Of a DNA stretch of 43,946 bases, positions 42,569-43,946 are shown piece by piece (the first letter of the stretch is position 1; each line of letters opens with the position of its first letter). The notes beneath the pieces were generated by a model. It was not told the origin of the DNA, did no database searches, and worked only from the letters and a program-made list of their open reading frames with translations. A program made the position numbers and the translations under genes. This DNA comes from a virus (lineage: Duplodnaviria > Heunggongvirae > Uroviricota > Caudoviricetes): the IMG/VR virus record IMGVR_UViG_3300045988_019467. One strand, 5' to 3'.

Positions 42569-42738
42569 TGTTCAGTGACATTAACGCGGCAATCGAAGAA
42601 GCAATCTGGCGGCGCTACAACGGCGAGCAGCAGCGGCACTTCTGCCTCGTACAACGAGGTAACATGATTGCCGTAGTGCAGGACCGCGATAACAAATATC
42701 CGAATGCGATGTGGACAACGAGGAATTTCTTAGGATGA
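42568..42738 (+). CDS. hypothetical small protein
   Basis: 56-aa ORF coupled to its neighbours. Confidence 0.3.
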   Translation: MFSDINAAIEEAIWRRYNGEQQRHFCLVQRGNMIAVVQDRDNKYPNAMWTTRNFLG

Positions 42739-42971
42739 TTACCAGCATTCCGAACCTGATTAAAGAATACGGCACGATGGCTGAGACATGCCGACAAACC
42801 GGCATCAATGAAATGACTATTGCGAAGTACAGCAAAGACGTTGATTGCGAACGCCACGTAATTTATAACAACCGTCTGATGACGCACGTTAAGACAAGCC
42901 CGGTGTTATTCACGCGCCGGGGTATCACTAAAACTGAGCAACGTATTGCTAAAGAGGAGAGTGGGAAATGA
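42735..42971 (+). CDS. hypothetical small protein
   Basis: ATGA overlap; 78-aa ORF. Confidence 0.35.
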   Translation: MITSIPNLIKEYGTMAETCRQTGINEMTIAKYSKDVDCERHVIYNNRLMTHVKTSPVLFTRRGITKTEQRIAKEESGK

Positions 42972-43117
42972 TTGAATTCGATGATGTTTCATTCACGGAG
43001 AACGTAGACAGGGTTGTTTTAATTGTTTCCTGGGGTTATTACGTGAAAGCGTTCGAAGGTTACACGAAAGCCGATTGCGTAAATCAATTACTGCAATGGG
43101 TGTCAAGCCGGAAATAA
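42968..43117 (+). CDS. hypothetical small protein
   Basis: 49-aa ORF with ATGA overlap; followed by a terminator. Confidence 0.3.
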   Translation: MIEFDDVSFTENVDRVVLIVSWGYYVKAFEGYTKADCVNQLLQWVSSRK

Positions 43118-43127
43118 CCAACCAACA

Positions 43128-43151
43128 AGCCCTCTACGGAGGGCTTTTCTG
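43128..43151 (+). terminator. intrinsic terminator (AGCCCTC-TACG-GAGGGCT + TTTCTG)
   Basis: 7-bp GC-rich stem followed by a T-rich tract; separates the small-gene block from the terminase genes. Confidence 0.55.
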
Positions 43152-43173
43152 TACATCCCGCCCAATCCCCTTA

Positions 43174-43204
43174 TATAATCCCTTTAGACGCGTAGGGCGC
43201 GTCT
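43174..43204 (+). promoter_or_regulatory. TATAAT box followed by inverted repeat AGACGCG-N5-CGCGTCT upstream of terS
   Basis: TATAAT at 43174..43179 with no good -35; perfect 7-bp inverted repeat at 43186..43204; AGACGC recurs at 43222. Confidence 0.3.
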
Positions 43205-43244
43205 GGTGCGCTCTGATGGTCAGACGCATATGCAAGGGGATTCT

Positions 43245-43757
43245 ATGAAGCTGAAACTTAAGCAGCCATCGCCAGAGGTGGTGCAAGCTGCACATGAAGA
43301 AGCTGTTAGCGCAAACCGTCGCCGTAAACGGCCGCGCGGTAAACAGAGCCTTTATCAATCATCCCGTAATTCCGCTGCGTTGTGGGACCCGGACTATTGC
43401 GACGAATTAATCGAGTTCTTCGACAGAACGTCGTGGGAGCTTGTGCCCACATCTAAGGGTGATGAACGCCCGCTGATTCAGGATAAACCACCGTCACTGG
43501 CTCGCTTTGCCTTACACATCGGCGTCACTATCCCGATTATTAAGCTGTGGCTGCGCGAGATTCCTGCATTTGCAGAAGCATACGAAACGGCGCTGGCGCT
43601 GGAAGAGGCGTACTTCACTGAGACAGGGGCTGCAGGTATCTCTGCTACGTTTGCTGCTGCTAAACTGGGACTGAATAAGAAAGAAGAATCGACTGGCGAG
43701 GGTTCTGAACCTATAGAGATTCGTTTCGTTAAGGCTGTTAAACCGGAGGGCGAGTAA
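43245..43757 (+). CDS. terS: terminase small subunit (putative)
   Basis: 170-aa ORF immediately upstream of and translationally coupled (TAATG) to the Walker-A-bearing terL; basic N-terminal region; start at ATG 43245 with RBS AAGGGGA. Confidence 0.55.
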   Translation: MKLKLKQPSPEVVQAAHEEAVSANRRRKRPRGKQSLYQSSRNSAALWDPDYCDELIEFFDRTSWELVPTSKGDERPLIQDKPPSLARFALHIGVTIPIIKLWLREIPAFAEAYETALALEEAYFTETGAAGISATFAAAKLGLNKKEESTGEGSEPIEIRFVKAVKPEGE

Positions 43758-43946
43758 TGGATATCCCATTAACAGAACCCCAACAGGATTTTGTATTCAG
43801 TACAAAGACACATCCAGCTATTGTCGCGGGACTGGGGGCAGGCAAGTCCCGCGCGGCCACTATGCGTCTCCTGTATCTCATGTTGCGCGAGCGCGGGATA
43901 AACACCCTATACACCATGCCTACGTATGACCTGTTGAAGCTGCGCG
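43757..43946 (+). CDS. terL: terminase large subunit, N-terminal part (continues at window start)
   Basis: ATG 43757 overlapping the terS stop; Walker A GLGAGKS; frame continues into 1..1145 through the duplicated 99 bp. Confidence 0.8.
   Translation, partial: MDIPLTEPQQDFVFSTKTHPAIVAGLGAGKSRAATMRLLYLMLRERGINTLYTMPTYDLLKLR
43848..43946. repeat. 99-bp exact duplicate of window bases 1..99 (circular-closure overlap)
   Basis: Direct comparison: the last 99 nt equal the first 99 nt, and the duplication lies inside the terL coding sequence. Confidence 0.9.

Noticed and set aside
1-43946. CRISPR array, tRNA or rRNA genes
   Set aside because: The repeated motifs are dispersed and oriented with operons rather than arrayed with regular spacers; no sequence with a tRNA T-loop (GGTTCGAATCC-type) in a cloverleaf context was seen.
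1-43946. Lysogeny module (integrase, CI repressor, attachment site)
   Set aside because: No tyrosine- or serine-recombinase-sized ORF with recognisable motifs was found; the only repressor-like gene is a 71-aa Cro-type HTH, so the phage is more likely virulent, though a small or novel integrase cannot be excluded without searches.
43848-43946. Biological direct terminal repeat at the genome ends
   Set aside because: The 99-bp duplication lies inside the terL coding sequence and the genome encodes a TerS/TerL pair typical of headful packaging; an assembly overlap is the simpler explanation.

Overview
The window is a complete, circularly closed genome (~43.85 kb unique; bases 1..99 repeat 43848..43946) of a tailed dsDNA phage with siphovirus-type, lambda-like tail genes. 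No tRNA, rRNA, CRISPR array, integrase or CI-type repressor was seen, so it is probably virulent. The exact lineage cannot be named without a database search; the gene content (family A DNA polymerase, SNF2-type helicase, primase/helicase, Cas4-like and VRR-NUC nucleases, HNH endonuclease, orphan C5 methyltransferase, fibre with a C-terminal chaperone domain) resembles small enterobacterial virulent siphophages. Layout: terS/terL (wrapping the junction), portal, head morphogenesis, spanins, scaffold, major capsid, neck, tail tube, tape measure, M/L/K/I-J-like tip proteins and tail fibre on the + strand (1..24228); a leftward replication module on the - strand (24257..37365); a rightward block of small genes with a holin-holin-endolysin cassette (37870..43117). 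Three minus-strand moron cassettes are inserted in the structural module (2679..2999, 4634..5155, 12453..15033), each with its own promoter-like element and a near-identical bidirectional terminator. Most interesting: (1) two families of repeated promoter-like elements (5 + 3 copies) sharing an AATAG-N4-CTATT palindrome; (2) the 12453..15033 cassette encoding a P-loop kinase, HAD phosphatase and HTH-fused metallophosphoesterase, a candidate end-healing or counter-defence module; (3) spanins placed about 8 kb from the holin-endolysin cassette behind a structured leader. All functional calls are from motifs and synteny read by eye; no searches were run.
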